NCBI RefSeq assembly: GCF_036365525.1
Contig: NC_090387.1
Span: 88,949,691 to 89,013,690, forward strand
Length of the DNA stretch: 64,000 nt
Direction: 5' to 3'
Source of the DNA: Heterodontus francisci
Lineage: Eukaryota
In this document: one piece after another, positions 61,001-64,000 of the stretch
Layout: each line of letters opens with the position of its first letter
Position numbering within the stretch: the stretch's first letter is position 1
Notes under the pieces: generated by a model
Told to the model about the DNA's origin: nothing
What the model saw: only the letters and a program-made list of their open reading frames with translations
Databases searched by the model: none
Made by a program: the position numbers and the translations under genes

Positions 61001-63100
61001 GTAGAATAGATAAGGGAGAACCAGTGGGTGTGGTGTATTTGGACTTTCAGAAGGCTTTCGATAAAGCAAAATTAGAGCACATGGGGATTGGGGGTAAGGT
61101 ATTAACATGGATAGAGAACTGGTTGGCAGACAGGAAACAAAGAGTAGGAATAAACCGGTATTTTTCCGAGTGTCAGGCAGTGACCAGTGGGGTACCGCAG
61201 GGACCAGTGCTAGGACCCCAGCTATTCACAATATATATTAATGATATAGATGAGGGAATTAAAGGTAATATATCCAAGTTTGCAACCGATACGAAGCTGG
61301 GTGGGAGTGTGAGCTGTGAGGAAGATGCAGAGAAGCTCCAGTGTGATTTGGACATGTTGAAGCAAATACATGGCAGATGCAGTATAATGTGGATAAATGT
61401 GAGGTTATCCATTTTGGTGGCAAAACCAGAAAGGCAGATTATTATCTGAACGGCGATAGATTGGGAAAGGGGGAGGTGCAGCGAGACCTGGGTGTCCTTG
61501 TGCACCAGTCACTGAAAGTAAGCATGCAGGTACAGCAGGCAGTTAAGAAGGCAAATGGTATGTTGGCCTTCATAGCAAGAGGATTCGAGTACAGGAGCAA
61601 GGATGTCTTACTGCAATTATACAAGGCCATAGTGAGACCACATCTGGAGTATTGTGTGGAGTTTTGATCTCCTTATCTGAGGAAGGATGTTCTTGCTATG
61701 GAGGGATTGCAGTGAAGGTTCACCAGACTGATTCCTGGGATGGCAGGACTGATGTATGAAAAGAGAAATTGAGTCGATTAGGTTTGTATTCACTAGAGTT
61801 TAGAAGAATGAGAGGGGATCTCATAGAAACCTACAAAATTCTAACAGGACTTGACAGACTAGATGCAGGAAGGATGTTCCTGGTGGCAGGGGAGTCCAGG
61901 ACCAGGGGTCACTATCTCAGGATAAGGGGTAAGCCATTTAGGAGTGAGATGAGGAGAGATTTTATTCACCCAGAGAGTGGTGAACCTGTGGAATTCTCTA
62001 CCACGGAAAGCAGTTGAGGCCAAATCATTAAGTATATTCAGGAAAGAGTTAGATATAGTTCTTAGGGCTAATGGGATCAAGGGATATGGGGAGAAAGCAG
62101 GAACAGGTTACTGAGTTTGGATGATCAGCCTTGATCGTGTTGAATGGCGGAGCAGGCTCGAAGGGCCGAATGGCCTACTCCTGCTCCTATTTTTCTGCAA
62201 CAAGTGTGCGGTGATCACTCCTACCAATACTGTCAAGGGCAGATGCATCTGTAACACGTGGATTGGTGAGGACGAGGTCAAGCAGATTTTTCGCTCTTGT
62301 TTGCTCACTCACCTCCTGCCACAGACCCACTCTAGCAGCTATGTCCTTCAAGACTGGGCCGGTAGTGTTGCTACCAAGGCATGTTTGGTGATGAACATTG
62401 AAGTCCCCTACCCAGAGTACATTCTGTCCCCTTGCCACTGACATTTCAAGTGATGCTCAACACGGGAGGAGTACTGATTCATTAGCTAAGGGTGGTAATT
62501 AGCAGAGGGTCCCGTGCCCACATTTGATGTCATGAAACTTCATGGTGTCTGGATTCAATGTTGAGGACTCGCAGGCAACTGCTGCCCGACTGTATACCAT
62601 TGCGTTGCCACCTCTGGTGATTCTGTCCTGCCGGTGGGATAGAACATACCCAGGAATGGTAATGGTGGTGTCTGTAAGGTGTCAGTCCATGAGCATGAAT
62701 ATATCAAGCTGTTGGAACAGCTTTCCAATTTTGGCAGAAGCAGAAGTAAGGAGGACTTTGCAGGGTTGGGTGTGTCTTTATCATTTCTGGTCTATCCAGT
62801 TTCATTCCTCTTTAGCTTTTCTCTAACAGTTTGGTACATTTCAGAGGGTATTTAAGAGTCAACTACATGGAGGCCAGATGGTGTAAGGATGGCAGATTTC
62901 CTTCCCTAAAGGACAATAGTGAACCAGATAGATTTGTGACATTCATCATCATTATCGAGACTAGGTTTTTTAAATTCTAGATTTATTAATTGATAAGAAA
63001 TCCCACCTGCTGCTAGGGTGGGATATGAACCCATGTCCGCAGAGCATTACCTTTCTGGATTGCTGGTCCAGTAATATTACCACTATGCCACCACCTCCCC
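58015..63100 (-). mobile_element. Second 5'-complete tRNA-headed LINE, split by a CR1 insertion (halves 58015-60192 and 62195-63100)
   Basis: The halves join colinearly against 51650-51760. ORFs 62187..62444 (LWVGDFNVHH..LDLVLTN..GRSDH, APE) and 58811..59167 (RT). Head GGGGAGGTGGTGGCATAGTGG...GGGTTCATATCC. Confidence 0.88.
60200..62190 (+). mobile_element. CR1/L3 LINE nested in the tRNA-headed LINE
   Basis: ORFs 60638..60883 (KSPGPDNLHPRVLK), 60964..61449 and 61377..61667 (RPHLEYCVEF). Confidence 0.9.
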
Positions 63101-63229
63101 ATGCATGTACATATGAGCGTGCCCATATATGTGTGTGTCGGTATGTTTATGTCTTTCTAAGTTATGTAATGTCTAACTACCCATCTGTGTGTGTGCCCCT
63201 GTATCTCACTGCAATGTTTGTGTTTATTG

Positions 63230-63230
<1 letters not shown>

Positions 63231-63303
<73 letters not shown>
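63231..63303 (+). repeat. Perfect (TG)~36 microsatellite
   Basis: Uninterrupted TG run. Confidence 0.97.
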
Positions 63304-63304
<1 letters not shown>

Positions 63305-63484
63305 TTTGGGGGAAGTCTTAACACCATATAAAAGGTGGATTTGGTTTGGGTGGGAGGTTAAACTATTGAAAACCTGAAATCTGACTCCAACCCACTTCCA
63401 CCCTCACCACTTCCAGTTTTAATGGAAGCGGAATGAAGTCCCAGGAGACAGGTTCCAACTTGCATGTTATAATGAGGCTTCCAG

Positions 63485-63843
63485 TAAAGGCCCGACCCGA
63501 CCCCGATGGGACCCGGCGACATGTGTCGGGATCGGGTAGGGTCGGGTTGCACTTCCGGGTCCAGCAGTAGGGCTCTGGTCGGGTCGGGCCTGATCGGACA
63601 CACTCTATCACCACCTCAGGTAAGTGACTTTAATGTTAATTTACTTTTTGAACTTTAAAGGTGGTTTTGCTACAGTTATTTTAAGCTTGTGCAGGTAAGA
63701 AACAAAGTGAAAAACAGAAGGTAAGTTAACTGATGGTCGGATCGGGCGCGGGGACAAATGGAAGGACTCGGGCCCGGTCGGGATCAGATGGGATTCTGTG
63801 AGTCTCGGGTCGGGTCCCATTTGCAGACCCGAGCAGGCCTTTA
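63485..63843. mobile_element. hAT-like non-autonomous element (MITE)
   Basis: Termini taaaggcc / ggccttta, repeated cccga/tcggg subterminal motifs, and a degenerate 8-bp duplication gcttccag (63477-63484) / gttgccag (63844-63851). Confidence 0.6.
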
Positions 63844-64000
63844 GTTGCCAGCCTCATTTTTGTGCATTTTAAATTTAACTCTGGCAGCTACAGGCAAGTG
63901 AGGACTGTTAGTTTCAGTAGGTAAGAGTCAATCTCCCACATTCAGACACTGCCCCACCAACACCTCCAATCTCTTCCTGGCCTTCTCCATGAGGCCTCTG

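Noticed and set aside
1-64000. CRISPR arrays, rRNA or prokaryotic operons
   Set aside because: No regularly spaced repeat-spacer structure, rRNA-like sequence or dense coding; the DNA is vertebrate intronic and intergenic sequence.

Overview
Eukaryotic, repeat-saturated vertebrate DNA, most likely a cartilaginous fish (inferred from HE1-type V-SINEs that share a 3' tail with CR1/HER1-type LINEs). One host gene is visible: the 3' part of a + strand immunoglobulin-superfamily inhibitory receptor. Its exons are a C1-set Ig exon (6735-7028), a TM exon (13624-13737) and two ITIM-bearing cytoplasmic exons (19317-19432, 33888-34055); all splice phases are compatible and the tail resembles SIRPalpha. 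The leader and V exons must lie upstream of the window. The rest is mostly decayed mobile DNA: many CR1/L3 LINEs, two RTE LINEs, L2 remnants, Penelope-like elements with hammerhead-like termini, a non-autonomous SCAN-gag (Gmr1-like) LTR element, a Harbinger transposon, MITEs and microsatellites. The most unusual signal is a second CR1-group LINE family (six copies). Two copies that retain their 5' end start with a tRNA-like Pol III A/B-box head, have no room for ORF1, and the family's sense strand is almost free of TTTT terminators. This suggests a Pol III-transcribed protein-coding LINE with a cognate head+tail SINE. A TSD-flanked Penelope insertion carrying ~770 bp of captured genomic DNA is also present. 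Repeat boundaries were set by eye and are approximate (tens of bp) unless TSDs are quoted.
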